From IMG/VR virus record IMGVR_UViG_3300037423_001503: a stretch of 64,000 nt of DNA; one strand, written 5' to 3'. The translations under genes were made by a program, and so were the position numbers. Below the pieces are notes generated by a model that saw only the letters and a program-made list of their open reading frames with translations, was not told the DNA's origin and did not search any database. Below, piece after piece: positions 46,918-57,792 of this stretch (position 1 is its first letter; every line of letters begins with the position of its first letter). The stretch is from a virus.

Positions 46918-49173
46918 CTAGTAGCGCGTTCGCGCCTGGGTCACTGCGGCCAAGCGAGCCAGGAGCGCCTCGAAATCGTTGCGCGTATTGTCGATCGACA
47001 CTGAGGCGGAGCGGTCATCGTGAGAGTAGGAGACGGTGTCGATGACTCCGTCTCGTCCAACGCCGCCAGTGTCGGGATCGATGATGTTCAGGAAACGCAC
47101 AAGCTCAGTCGTCTCCAGCAACATCTCCGCCGGGTGACGAGGCGCGCCGTCGCCGGCCGAGCGTACTCGTCCGTCGCCCTGGACCTTCCACGAACCCCTG
47201 AACGGGGTACGCGACTTCAACGACAAGAACACGTCGCCAAGCTGCTTCGCGGCTTCGGTGGTGAGCGGCGAATTGATCGCAAGGGTGGCTGTTCGCGAGC
47301 GACCGAGGCGATCAAGCAGTGTTGGGATCGGCGTGTAGATGGTGAAGTCGTCGTACCAGTAGTTGACGCCGGTTGGCGATGAGATCCTCGGCTGGATCGC
47401 GAAGTACACGTCGCTGCCGTCGTAGGTCTCGGGCGCGGTCCAGCGGATCTCAAACTGCTCCCACTGGTTGGCAGTCGAGATGTGGTCTGTTTCAAGTCCA
47501 GACGTGAGGTTGAAGATCGTCATCGCGGGATCAAGACCCGTTAGACCGGTCTTCGTGGTTCCCCACTTAGTGAAGATCGCTGTAGCGGAGCCCGACGGCG
47601 GCATCGCAACGTCGCCAATTGTGATGTAGATATCTGAGGCCGCCGATAGCGGGCTTCCGGTGATGGTGCTCTGTCGAGCCCAGAAACGGAATACGTAGGT
47701 CCTGTCCTTCAGGAACGTGTCACCGGAGAAGGTTGCGTAGAGGATGCCATTGGAGTTGTCGGCGGTGGCCTTCAAAGAACCGCCAGGGCTGTGGTAGATG
47801 GTGTTGTCCCACGCCCACGTTCCGCTACCGCTGCCCCCAGCGCCCGGGAGGTGGACGGCGGTCCAGCCAGAGATGTTTGAGTTGAAGACGTCGTTGGCGA
47901 AGCTTGGGCTCAGCGGCGCAACCAACTGCGTAGCCAGCGCGCTTTGCTGCGTCGTGCGGGTCACCATCAGTGAGTTGCCGTCTGGTCCTGTGCCGGTCAC
48001 GTAGACCTTGTTGAACAACTCCTCGGCGACGTTAGCCGACGCGTCGGCGAATTCAGATCCGGGCTCGTCGGACGCCTCAAGCGCAGGCGCTGACGGCTGC
48101 GGCGCGAACTTGAGCTTCGAGCCGGGCACAATCTTCGTCCGGTAGGCATGGAAGGCGTTGGCGGCTTCGATGACCTCGCGCACCGTCTTAGGTTCTGTGA
48201 CGGTGAAGTCAGGGATCGCAAAGGTGGTCGCTTCGATGTCGGTTGTGCTCTGCGAGATCACATCCTGGTACGTCAGAGCGTCCTTGACGATCTGATCAGC
48301 ATGAAGCACGCTGTCACCGCTCGACACATAGGACGAGTCGCTGAATGCGCGCACAGACTTGATCATCATCAACGTGTCGGCGGCGGCTGTGTAGTCTGCG
48401 GCGGCGTTGTAGAGGAAGATCGATACGTAGCGTCTAGGAGTCGCAATAGACCCGGTTAGCGTGTCAAAACCGGTTGCCTGATCCTGAAGCGTCGACGCTG
48501 CGGTGCCGGAGATGAAGTCACCGAACGTTCCAGCAGCGCCGAGGATGAGGTCGGAGATGTCGTCGGCTGCTCTGACGTAGATATCGCCGCCCGCGGAGAA
48601 GCTGCCGACGCGTGCCACCTCAATGGCGATGTCTGTGATCCACGACTTTGGGTTCTCGCCGAAATCAGCGACAACACCAACAGCGTCTGCGTTTGGCCAC
48701 ACGCTGTCCTTGGCTGCGCCGATGCTGATTGTGCCGTCGCCTGAGGAGACGGTCAGCGCCTGCGGAAACCGAGACAGCGTCGCCGTCGGTGCTGAGCGCA
48801 CGTCAGACCAGATACCAAGGTCGGTCTGAGCGTACACACGCGAGTAAGGGAAATCGTCAAGTGCGTACTGTTCGCCGCGGGCGGTGACTGAGACCGACAC
48901 CGCGCCAGGAGCGACGTTGGTCGGTGTCTCCCACAGGTAGCCCTCCCAGACCACGACACCGGCGACCTCAAGCTCGATCGGAGCGAAAGCGTTGAGCCGG
49001 AATGCGCCGCCCACCCTGGGATCGCGCTTGATCGTGAAGGAGAGCGTGTCCGAGCCCCACTTATTGGAAGTGGCTGTGATCCCCTCAGGCCAGAAGCCGG
49101 CCCAAGAACCTGTGCCGATCTGCTCCCACTGATCGTCGATGGACTGGATGCGCACGATGGCGTCGTCAGCCAT
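46918..49173 (-). CDS. Minor tail protein (hub/tip) with a carbohydrate-binding-like domain
   Basis: Position after the Dit-like gene; FNSNISGW...YVFRFWAR...QWEQF...YDDF CBM-like segment. Confidence 0.75.
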   Translation of the reverse strand: MADDAIVRIQSIDDQWEQIGTGSWAGFWPEGITATSNKWGSDTLSFTIKRDPRVGGAFRLNAFAPIELEVAGVVVWEGYLWETPTNVAPGAVSVSVTARGEQYALDDFPYSRVYAQTDLGIWSDVRSAPTATLSRFPQALTVSSGDGTISIGAAKDSVWPNADAVGVVADFGENPKSWITDIAIEVARVGSFSAGGDIYVRAADDISDLILGAAGTFGDFISGTAASTLQDQATGFDTLTGSIATPRRYVSIFLYNAAADYTAAADTLMMIKSVRAFSDSSYVSSGDSVLHADQIVKDALTYQDVISQSTTDIEATTFAIPDFTVTEPKTVREVIEAANAFHAYRTKIVPGSKLKFAPQPSAPALEASDEPGSEFADASANVAEELFNKVYVTGTGPDGNSLMVTRTTQQSALATQLVAPLSPSFANDVFNSNISGWTAVHLPGAGGSGSGTWAWDNTIYHSPGGSLKATADNSNGILYATFSGDTFLKDRTYVFRFWARQSTITGSPLSAASDIYITIGDVAMPPSGSATAIFTKWGTTKTGLTGLDPAMTIFNLTSGLETDHISTANQWEQFEIRWTAPETYDGSDVYFAIQPRISSPTGVNYWYDDFTIYTPIPTLLDRLGRSRTATLAINSPLTTEAAKQLGDVFLSLKSRTPFRGSWKVQGDGRVRSAGDGAPRHPAEMLLETTELVRFLNIIDPDTGGVGRDGVIDTVSYSHDDRSASVSIDNTRNDFEALLARLAAVTQARTRY

Positions 49174-51389
49174 TACGTTCCTCGCGCTAGGTGATAGCGT
49201 GGCTGTACGTGCATCGACACATACATAGGCTGATTGGTCATCGTTGTGTTTTCGCCTGACGGAAGCGACGGATCGTCAGGTACCTGATCTGAAGTCAACA
49301 CCAACACCTGCGGGCGAGCGCCGCCATTGATGATGAGAGGCGCGCCACTCATGCCTCGTGTCATCGAATACCAGTTAGGCGGCGCGTTCTCTCCGCCGGA
49401 AGCGCCGGTGAGGTCAGAGTAGATGCGTCGGGTGGCGACATTGCCAACTCCGCCTGGGATGAACTTCGGGTATGAGGCGTCCTGGACCTTGCTCGTCGGC
49501 AGCACCGCCCGTGAGCGCACCGGAACCCCAGCAAGCCAATCGAGGCCAAACGTGCCACTCGATCCATTGCCTGCGATGAGGCGTAGAACAATCAGCCACG
49601 GTGAGCGTGCGTGCTTATCCACGGGCAGCGAGATGATGCCGAGACGGTGGACTCTCCAGCCGGCCGCAGTCGGCACCAGGCGTCCCGAAGATCCCCACTC
49701 AGAGGTGTATCGGAAGGCAAGCTCGCCAGCGCCGAACGGCAGCGCCGACGCCGTCGCGGTCAGCGACGTAAGGCCTCCACTCTGATAGACACGTGCCCAC
49801 AACTCGACCTTCACCTCGTTGGTGAACTCGTCGGGCTCAACGACGCTCGGATCGACCATCACGTGGAACTGCCAGTAGTCGGGTGATCCAACCGACGAAT
49901 CCCACAACAGGTTCCCGCCCGATGCTGCGATGTTGGCCGAGGTTGAGGTGAACCCGATCGGGTCGATTCCAAACCATGTCGGGTATGTCGTGGTGTCGGC
50001 GTCCCAGAAACCAAACGGAGGCGATGCCTGGGCGATGCCGTTTGATCCAGCGTCGATCGCAGTTGGTGTCAACGTAGGGCGATCCCACCACGACAGCAAC
50101 GACCAACCGAGAGAGCCGCTGGACGTCACGGTAGTAGACACGTCAACGGTTACATCGACATCAAGCAGGGCCGGCGCTGTGCCAGGAATGAGACCGAAGC
50201 TGTTCTCGCCGGGAACAAATGACGCCGAGGGCTGTGAACCGTTGTAGTTGAAGCCCGCCGTGTAGGGCTCAAATCGCCAGCGTACGACCTTCTGTGTGCC
50301 AAGGTCACCGACTGGGTCGATAGCGAATCCGTAGCTGCCGGTCGCGGCAATCGCCGCGTCACCGGTTGTCAACGTTGTGCTGACGCGAGCCGAGGACGAA
50401 GCTCCGATGGCTGTGCGGTTAGGGAACCAGAGTTCAGGGTCGTTGTCGGCGGGAAGCGGGAAGAGGTCGGCGCGCACAACGGTGCTGCCGGTCGAGCCGT
50501 TGATGATCCTTGAGGCGCGGAACGTGTACGTACCGGCCGCCAACGTGCTCGTCGATGCGGTAGCGATCTGCGTGTCAACGCCGCTGACCTTCTTACGGAT
50601 CTCAACGTTCTGTGTGGCATAGTTCCAGCGAGCGTAGATCACGTCGCCGCTGGCGGTCTGACCAAGGATCAACCGACTAGACCCCGTCGCAGAGGCACCA
50701 ATGGTTACGGTGAGCGCGCTCTCGCCCTGCTCGTACTGGTAGCCACGGCCCGTGAAGAGCAACGTCTTGAGTCCGCCAGTCGTGAACACGAGGCGCTGGT
50801 TTGCGTCTACGTAGACCGCTGGTGGCACATGGCCGGGGTCAGTTACAGTGTACTCGTCGAGGCCTGCGTTGCTGACGCCTGGTGTGCCGACGCGGTCGGG
50901 ACGAGCCCAATCCTCGTAGATCCATGTCTGGTCACCGACAGCGAGCGGCGCGATCTGAACCTGTACCGCCATATGTAGTCGCTTGGTTCCGCTCCACTCG
51001 ACCCAGCGGTACTTCAAGGCCGGCGGCTGCGCGCACCGAATCTCGGAGTAGCGAGAATGCGAAGCGCCGTCGGGACGCCATTCGATGAAGTAGTTTCCGC
51101 CAGTGTCTGCGAATTCTGCTGAGATCGCCTCTGCGATGTCGATGGCGGCGTCGCTCGACGTACCGTCGCCGACGTAGAACTCGCACTCAAAGACGCCGTT
51201 ATCGCGTGTCTCCGACACAACCTCAGCGCCTTCCCAGCGTCGGCCGCTTGCAGATGTCTGAGTGTTCGATTGGCCGGGAACGAAGCTCAACGAGTCGCGG
51301 ATGACTGCTACATTCGCGCCGTCGTTGAGGTCGCGCACAGTTACGGGCCGGCCGTTAGCTCCGAAGTAGATGAGTCTTAGTCGATCCAT
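49173..51389 (-). CDS. Minor tail protein (extended distal-tail-like)
   Basis: Immediately follows the tape measure; beta-rich, 738 aa. Confidence 0.7.
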   Translation of the reverse strand: MDRLRLIYFGANGRPVTVRDLNDGANVAVIRDSLSFVPGQSNTQTSASGRRWEGAEVVSETRDNGVFECEFYVGDGTSSDAAIDIAEAISAEFADTGGNYFIEWRPDGASHSRYSEIRCAQPPALKYRWVEWSGTKRLHMAVQVQIAPLAVGDQTWIYEDWARPDRVGTPGVSNAGLDEYTVTDPGHVPPAVYVDANQRLVFTTGGLKTLLFTGRGYQYEQGESALTVTIGASATGSSRLILGQTASGDVIYARWNYATQNVEIRKKVSGVDTQIATASTSTLAAGTYTFRASRIINGSTGSTVVRADLFPLPADNDPELWFPNRTAIGASSSARVSTTLTTGDAAIAATGSYGFAIDPVGDLGTQKVVRWRFEPYTAGFNYNGSQPSASFVPGENSFGLIPGTAPALLDVDVTVDVSTTVTSSGSLGWSLLSWWDRPTLTPTAIDAGSNGIAQASPPFGFWDADTTTYPTWFGIDPIGFTSTSANIAASGGNLLWDSSVGSPDYWQFHVMVDPSVVEPDEFTNEVKVELWARVYQSGGLTSLTATASALPFGAGELAFRYTSEWGSSGRLVPTAAGWRVHRLGIISLPVDKHARSPWLIVLRLIAGNGSSGTFGLDWLAGVPVRSRAVLPTSKVQDASYPKFIPGGVGNVATRRIYSDLTGASGGENAPPNWYSMTRGMSGAPLIINGGARPQVLVLTSDQVPDDPSLPSGENTTMTNQPMYVSMHVQPRYHLARGT

Positions 51390-54300
51390 TTAGTAGCCAG
51401 TCCCAAAACGCGTTGTTGGTCGGTATCCCTGAAGCGACTGTCCGGCAGTGGCTGCTCGTCCGATTGCGTCAAGCGTGCGTGTGTCGCCCGGGTGAAGAGT
51501 GTTCACAATGATAGTGTTTCCGCCGAGCGCCTGTGCGAGAGGGTTGCCGAACGGTGATCCGCCAGGCGTTGACAGTCCCGCTCCGTTGAAGAGCGCACCG
51601 AGCGCTGTGTAACCGCCACGGCCGAGATCTCCAGACCCAGTGAACACGGCCAGCATCGACTCAGCGATCTTCTGAGCGCGGGCCGCTGTTGCGGCGTTGG
51701 TAGTAGCCTGCGTGACCAGCGCCTGCGCGTCCGGTGACGTCGATCCGTCTGCCGATCCGCCCTGAAGGGCAGCAATCGCGTTCGTTGCGTCAGTGATTCC
51801 TGACGTTGCCTCGGCGATCATGTTGTACGCCTGCTCGTCATTGCCGGGCAGGCTGTCGTTGAGTAGCGCGTTAGCTGCGTTGATCTCGTCCTTGAATCCA
51901 GAGATCTTGTCGTTGTAGCCCTGGATCTGTAGGGCAGTATCGCCGTTCAGGATGCCCTGGCCGATCTCCGCGTCGCCCTTTGCGATGCTGAGCGATCCAG
52001 GTGTGCCATCTCCTCCGCCGACTCCACCGGTGCCCCCGCCGCCCGAGCCGCCGACCGCGGTCCCGTCGCTGCCGACTTCAGAAGAAGCCTTACCGGTAAC
52101 ACTGTCGATGTCGGCCTGGGTGTCGGAGATGTCCTGGCCGACCGAACGGTAATCGAAACCGGCTTCCTTCTGTCGGCCCTTGAAGTTGTTGAAGTCCTCG
52201 ACAGACCCGTCGTGGATCTTGGTTTCGCGCGAGACCTCGCCCTTGATGGCCTTGAGCCGCTTATTCCAGGCGTTGATCTTGCTGTGGTCGGGCTTCTTCT
52301 TGTTGCGCTCGTTCTCGATCGCCTTCTCAAGTCGCGTCTGTTCCTTCGCCAGGGCGTGGAGATTGAACGACGAGTCCTTGCGCGCCTTCGTCAACTCGGC
52401 CAACGCCAACGGCAGGTACTTGACCTCCTCGGAGATCGTGTCCTGGAGGTTCTGCTGCCATGACTTGAGCGTCTTCAGCTTGTCGGTGTAGGACTTGACA
52501 AGATCGTTGTCGACGACGTAGATGTCGTTGCCGAGGCCGTCCTTCTGGCCGCTCTTCTTGAGGAACGTGTCGGGCTCCTTGATCGAGCGCTCCTGAAGGT
52601 CAATCTCATGGCCGAGATCCTCTTCCTTGGTCTGAAGCTGCTTGACGTAGATGGCCTTCGGCGACTCAGTGTTGAGCTTGAGGCCCTTACCAAATCCAGC
52701 ACCCTTGATGTTGTGCTTACGCCGGCCGCTCGTGTAGGAGCCAGGCTTACGCGGCGTGAACATCGTCGGGTAGAAGCCTGGGCCTGCGATGCCGTCACGG
52801 TTGTGTGGCCGATGGAAGCCCGCCTTGCCCTTCTGGAACATCGGGATACCCATCGAGCGAGCGAAGTCCTTGAAGAACGCTAGTCCGCGCGAGCGGTAGC
52901 GAGGCTCGGTCGGGATGACGGACTCACTGCGCTTGACGTCCATCAATGTCGGCTGACGAACAACACGCACTGCGCCGGTGGCGTGGTCGGCGACAAGCTC
53001 AGGTCCGCGGCCCTCGCCGACGAGGGCTGTCTCTGGCCCGATCGGTCCACGTCCACGGGCGCGCGAGTTCTTCACAGACTTGATGACGTTCTGCACCGTC
53101 GTCAAGGTGATGGACTTGTTGTGAAGGCTATTGAGGAGCGCGTAAGCCTGCTGAAGCGGGCCGAGGTTGGCGCGCGCGTTCAACGTAACTGTCTTGTTAG
53201 GGATCTGCTTGATCGCCTGTGTTGCTGCGCGAGCCTTACCGGTGATGAGATCGCGAGCGATCAGACGTGCTTCCTTGTTAGGCACATGCAGAATGCTGCT
53301 GATGATGTGAGCGATCTTCGATGTCGCCTCATCGACGGCCTTGATCTTAGTCTTACCATCGGGCAGCGAGTTGACTCGGCTAACGATGTGAGCGATCCTA
53401 GCTGACGCCTGGTCGTCAAGACCAAGCTTGACAGAAGCGCGGCGGGCGGTCGCTGCCCTGACCTGCGCTCCGAGGCGACGGATCGCTTCCTCGGCCGACT
53501 TCGAGTCGATGATGATCTTCTGCACGATGCTCGACTTGACGCCGCTCTTCAGTGCCGAGCTTGCCTTACCCGCTACTGCGCCCGCATCCTTAGGATCAGC
53601 GAACTTCAACGCCACGCGCTTGGCAAGGCTCTGCGACCGGCGATAGAGATTGGCGAGCGCAGTGTTGGCAGAGCCGCTAGCAGCGACCAGGCCGTGAAGC
53701 TCACGCTGGTAGTTGAGGGCGTCGGCTGCGGCCTGACGGGCAGCATGGCCCTGCGCAACAAGCGTCGAGTGGTACTTCTCCTCTGCCTGCGCGGCTAGCT
53801 TGGTCGCATCTGCGAGCTTCTTACGCTTGTCCTCAATGACATTAGCGCCCTCGCCGTCCTTGAGCGCGCGGTCGAGGTCCTTCTGCGCGCTGGTGGCGCG
53901 CTGTGTGGCCTTTTGCCAGTTGTCGAGGCTCTTGCGCTGCTCGTTGCGAGAGTCAATGATCTTCTGATCGGCGTTGGCCTTCAACTGGGCAGCCTTTCGG
54001 ACGCCGTCCTCGTAGCCCTGTCGTTGCTTGAGTGCCTCGTTTAGTTCGTTGAGCTTGTCCTTGTATTCGATGGTGCCGGACTTACCTGCTGCGTCGAGCT
54101 TGTTTAGCTGCTTCTTGAGAGCAGCAACCTTGCCCAGCGACTGCTGGTACCCATATTGCGCCTGACCAGCGATCAGCGTCGCCTCGGACGACTGCGCGAT
54201 GTTCGAGTTGAAGTCCTTGTTGACCTTGTCTGTGTTCTTGATCGAGTCCTTCAGCTTCTGAAGACCGGTCTTCATCGTCGCGATCTTGTAGGCTGCGAAG

Positions 54301-57014
54301 CCGCCAATTGCGGCAAGCCCAGCCAGGCCACCGGTCAAGGCGATGCTAGCGCCGCTGAGTTCGCCGATTGCGACCCCAGAACCGACCGCTGCGCCTCGCA
54401 GCAAGTTGAGTTCCTTGGTCGACTTACCTGCGACCTTCTCAATCGTCGACAGCCCCTTAGCGCCCGCCGCACCCTCGCCGACATTCAAGGCTAGCTGCTC
54501 GGCGGCCCCAGCGGCTGCCTTGCCCTTACGGAAACGACCTGCAACATTACCGGCCGCGCCGCCGGTGAGGAAGTCGATGGCCGCGCCGCCGACCTTGAGC
54601 GCGCCGAGCGCCTTGATCGCCGCCCCAAGCTCCTTGACCGCGTCGACCACCGACAGCACCTTCGACGCTAGCGTTCCGGCCAGGAAGATTCCGAACGCAC
54701 CTACCAGAAGGTCACGGACGCCCTTGAAGCGTGCCATATCTGCGATCCAGCGGCCGAAGGTCGCCGACACATTCAAGATGATGTCGGAGAACGGACGCAT
54801 GATCGTCGCCCACTCGATGAATACTTGGGCGAGCGGCTTCAGGACCTGGTAGAGGTCTTGTGTGGTCTTGATGGAGTCCTTGAAGAAGGAGCCCAGTCCG
54901 CCTGGGTTCGCACGGATGTTGTCCGAGATGCGATCCATTCCGTCAGCGATCGAGTTGAGGAAGTCGATTCCTCCGCCGCGGCCGGCGGCAACTCCGAAGA
55001 ACGTCGCCAGCAGGCGTGTCGCTGACGCAGTGATGTGGATGAGCGCCTTGAATCCGTCCACCATCGTGCGGACTGCGTTCTTGGCTCCGACGGACTTGGA
55101 CGCGCGGTTGACGTTGTCGGCCCAGTCAGCGAAGCCCTTCGACAGCCCAGGGAGGAAGTTCGAGAAGTCAGACGCGATGTGGCCGAAGGCCGCACCCAAC
55201 GAGGTCAGTCCGTGCAGGAGCGGCGTCAGTGAGCGATTTGCGTTCTCAAGGATATTGTTGAGGGTGTCCCGCCCGCCCTTACTGCGCAGGCGCTGGAACG
55301 CCTCGGAAATGCCGTTTGCGGCGCGATCCATGAAGCCGCGCGTGCGAGCAGCAAAGGACGGCAAGAGCTTGTCAGCAGTCTTGATGCCCTCGCTGAATAC
55401 CTTGCCGAAGTCGCGGTTCGCGGCTGGCTTGGTCGCGTCCTGGAAGGACTTCTTCAGCCTCTCTAGGCCCTTGAAGGCCTCGGCGGTCTGCTTCGGCATG
55501 TGCGCGAAGACAGAGTTCAACTGATCCTGGGCGGTCTTCGCCTGCTTGGACTTGCTGCCGTACTTGGAGACCGCGTCGTTGTACTTCTTCTGGGACGCGA
55601 ACGCAGCCTTCAGGTTCTGAGCCACCGGTAGCAACGCGACGGCGGTTCCGCCGATGAGCGGAACGAAGCCAGCCAATGCGGCCGAGCCGAGGCCGATGCC
55701 TCCAGCGAGACCAGCGCCGATCGCGCCGCCCAACGACAACACGGCCCCGGCGACGCCAACGACGACAGGACCGAGCAGCGTTAGTGCTCTAATCGCACCA
55801 CCGATTGTTGAGGTAAATGGACCAAGTCGGACCGTCGTATCAGATAGCGCTGCCGCCCAACGCGACAACGCCTTGGTTCCGCGCTCATCGACGTCGAAGG
55901 AGATCTTTGGCGGGGGATGACCCAATCGGTGTAGTCGCTCTTCGAGACGATCAATCTCCTCGGTGTGGGCGTCGATCTTGAGATCGATCTTGTCGCGCTG
56001 GCGCTTATCAATGAAGACTCGATTGCGCTTGTCGACGAGCTTCTGGCGGCGCTCAAGCAGGTCAAGGTAGCGAACCGTGTCGCGCTTGACCGTCGATAGC
56101 TCACGCGCGCGTAGAGCCTCAGCGTCACTGGTGGCCTTCTCGGAGATGCGGGAAGCGCGGACAGCGGCTCGGACTCGCGCCTCTTCTGCCTTGACCTCTG
56201 CGCGTCGTGCCTTCTCGGATTCGCGCGCCCGGCGGGCCGACGCCTGCTCGGCAGCGCGCTGAGCCTTGACCTCAGCATCTCGGATCGCCTTGGCGGTCTT
56301 CTCGCGTTGTGCGATCTCGGCGCGGGCAGCCTTTTCACGCTCGGCGGCTTCGGCCTTCTCTGCCTTCTCGCGCGCCGCCGCCTCAGCGCGGGCAGCCTTC
56401 TCGGCCTCAGCTACGCGCTTGCGCTCTGCCTTTTCGGCCTCAAGCGCGCGCTTCTTCTCGGCGGCAACTGCGGCCCGGACCTTGTCTTCCTCAGCCTTGA
56501 CCTCGGCGGCGCGCGCCTTTTCACCGGCGGCGGCTCGCTTCTTAGCTGCTTCCTCGGCAGCCTTGACCGCTTCCTGCTCAGCCTTCTTGATCGCGTCGGC
56601 GGTCTTCTTAGCCTGTGCGGCGCGAACCTGAGCGATCTTCTTTTCGTTGCGTTCTACAGCAAGAGCGCGATCTTCGTCAAGTTGCTGGACGCGGTTGTAG
56701 AGCTTGACGTTTTCAGCCTCATACTGCTTGAGGCGTCGCGTCGCGTTCGCAAAACCAGCGTTGGCCTTACGCGCATCAACGTCGAGCGTCGCAGTGGCAC
56801 GCTCGTGCTCCCAGCGCTCCTTATCGGCCTGAGCCTTGCGCAGCTTGGCGTAGAACTCAGAAGTGTCGGCACCCAGACGTAGCTCGGCTTCCTTGCGGTC
56901 CAGCTTCGCCATCGTTCGGTCGAACTGAGCTTCGACCTCCTTGAGTTCACGGCCAACATTGCTGTCAACTTCGACAACAATCTTACCGTGTCCTAGGATT
57001 TCCTCGCCTGCCAT
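51390..57014 (-). CDS. Tape measure protein
   Basis: 1874 aa, Ala/Lys-rich helices, hydrophobic Gly/Ala blocks, ALVGEGRGPELV; follows the tail chaperones. Confidence 0.92.
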   Translation of the reverse strand: MAGEEILGHGKIVVEVDSNVGRELKEVEAQFDRTMAKLDRKEAELRLGADTSEFYAKLRKAQADKERWEHERATATLDVDARKANAGFANATRRLKQYEAENVKLYNRVQQLDEDRALAVERNEKKIAQVRAAQAKKTADAIKKAEQEAVKAAEEAAKKRAAAGEKARAAEVKAEEDKVRAAVAAEKKRALEAEKAERKRVAEAEKAARAEAAAREKAEKAEAAEREKAARAEIAQREKTAKAIRDAEVKAQRAAEQASARRARESEKARRAEVKAEEARVRAAVRASRISEKATSDAEALRARELSTVKRDTVRYLDLLERRQKLVDKRNRVFIDKRQRDKIDLKIDAHTEEIDRLEERLHRLGHPPPKISFDVDERGTKALSRWAAALSDTTVRLGPFTSTIGGAIRALTLLGPVVVGVAGAVLSLGGAIGAGLAGGIGLGSAALAGFVPLIGGTAVALLPVAQNLKAAFASQKKYNDAVSKYGSKSKQAKTAQDQLNSVFAHMPKQTAEAFKGLERLKKSFQDATKPAANRDFGKVFSEGIKTADKLLPSFAARTRGFMDRAANGISEAFQRLRSKGGRDTLNNILENANRSLTPLLHGLTSLGAAFGHIASDFSNFLPGLSKGFADWADNVNRASKSVGAKNAVRTMVDGFKALIHITASATRLLATFFGVAAGRGGGIDFLNSIADGMDRISDNIRANPGGLGSFFKDSIKTTQDLYQVLKPLAQVFIEWATIMRPFSDIILNVSATFGRWIADMARFKGVRDLLVGAFGIFLAGTLASKVLSVVDAVKELGAAIKALGALKVGGAAIDFLTGGAAGNVAGRFRKGKAAAGAAEQLALNVGEGAAGAKGLSTIEKVAGKSTKELNLLRGAAVGSGVAIGELSGASIALTGGLAGLAAIGGFAAYKIATMKTGLQKLKDSIKNTDKVNKDFNSNIAQSSEATLIAGQAQYGYQQSLGKVAALKKQLNKLDAAGKSGTIEYKDKLNELNEALKQRQGYEDGVRKAAQLKANADQKIIDSRNEQRKSLDNWQKATQRATSAQKDLDRALKDGEGANVIEDKRKKLADATKLAAQAEEKYHSTLVAQGHAARQAAADALNYQRELHGLVAASGSANTALANLYRRSQSLAKRVALKFADPKDAGAVAGKASSALKSGVKSSIVQKIIIDSKSAEEAIRRLGAQVRAATARRASVKLGLDDQASARIAHIVSRVNSLPDGKTKIKAVDEATSKIAHIISSILHVPNKEARLIARDLITGKARAATQAIKQIPNKTVTLNARANLGPLQQAYALLNSLHNKSITLTTVQNVIKSVKNSRARGRGPIGPETALVGEGRGPELVADHATGAVRVVRQPTLMDVKRSESVIPTEPRYRSRGLAFFKDFARSMGIPMFQKGKAGFHRPHNRDGIAGPGFYPTMFTPRKPGSYTSGRRKHNIKGAGFGKGLKLNTESPKAIYVKQLQTKEEDLGHEIDLQERSIKEPDTFLKKSGQKDGLGNDIYVVDNDLVKSYTDKLKTLKSWQQNLQDTISEEVKYLPLALAELTKARKDSSFNLHALAKEQTRLEKAIENERNKKKPDHSKINAWNKRLKAIKGEVSRETKIHDGSVEDFNNFKGRQKEAGFDYRSVGQDISDTQADIDSVTGKASSEVGSDGTAVGGSGGGGTGGVGGGDGTPGSLSIAKGDAEIGQGILNGDTALQIQGYNDKISGFKDEINAANALLNDSLPGNDEQAYNMIAEATSGITDATNAIAALQGGSADGSTSPDAQALVTQATTNAATAARAQKIAESMLAVFTGSGDLGRGGYTALGALFNGAGLSTPGGSPFGNPLAQALGGNTIIVNTLHPGDTRTLDAIGRAATAGQSLQGYRPTTRFGTGY

Positions 57015-57034
57015 CTGGGTGCTCTCACCTCCTC

Positions 57035-57256
57035 CTAACTAGCCGCGGCGCGCAGTCTTGCTAGACCGTCACCGTCGTTCTGCCATTCCTTTCTCTTGCG
57101 TTCCTTCTCGGCGTCGCGTTCCTCCTTGGCCTGCTTCACCGACAACGCCTCCATGATCATGTAGTCAATGACGTCGTCGGAATCCATCTGCGGCCAAGGA
57201 CGGCCCGCTTCCTTATAGGTTCTCCAGAGCCTAGTCGCCGTAGTCGAGGCCACGAA
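57035..57256 (-). CDS. Tail assembly chaperone, frameshift extension (GT-like)
   Basis: +1 frame ORF overlapping the chaperone end at TTT-CGT. Confidence 0.65.
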   Translation of the reverse strand, partial: FVASTTATRLWRTYKEAGRPWPQMDSDDVIDYMIMEALSVKQAKEERDAEKERKRKEWQNDGDGLARLRAAAS

Positions 57257-57665
57257 ATCGCCGCCACTCTGCCGAACGGTGGAGGCCGGAGATGTGGTTG
57301 CCGAGTGCGTCGAGGTCACGCTGACGTGTGCCGATCTCTACGAGAAGCTCGATGTCCTCGTAGGGGAGTTCGGTAACGTCGGCTGCGTCAATGGCCGGCT
57401 CAACCACCATCGTCGTAACGAGCAGGGAGAAGAAGTCAGCCTGCTCTGCGATTAGCTCGCGAGTGATGGTCTCCTTCTGGATCGCGCCGATTGCGGCGTC
57501 GAGGAGGTTGTTGGGGATCGACCCGTTCTTCACCATCTCGGGAAGGTTGGGGATCTTGATCGTGACGAGCGCGCCGCTTGGCAGAGCTACGTCGTGGACT
57601 CCGGCCTTCTTCCAGGCCGATACGTCCTTAGGCTTCCGTACTACCGTCGCGTCGCTTGTGCTCAT
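57231..57665 (-). CDS. Tail assembly chaperone (G-like)
   Basis: Between tail tube and TMP; VALPSG...VVEP. Confidence 0.8.
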   Translation of the reverse strand: MSTSDATVVRKPKDVSAWKKAGVHDVALPSGALVTIKIPNLPEMVKNGSIPNNLLDAAIGAIQKETITRELIAEQADFFSLLVTTMVVEPAIDAADVTELPYEDIELLVEIGTRQRDLDALGNHISGLHRSAEWRRFRGLDYGD

Positions 57666-57792
57666 CCTGTGCCTCCTGGGCTGTGGTTTCTGAGTCCCGC
57701 ATTCTTGCGAGTGACTGGACTAGCAAGCGGGACTCCCGCTGTACTCGCTTCGCTTGCGCCAGAGCTAGCTCAAGCCGTGCGTCGTTGTCCAT
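57628..57792 (-). CDS. Small hypothetical protein
   Basis: Leaderless ATG at 57792 behind a late-type promoter. Confidence 0.4.
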   Translation of the reverse strand: MDNDARLELALAQAKRVQRESRLLVQSLARMRDSETTAQEAQDEHKRRDGSTEA

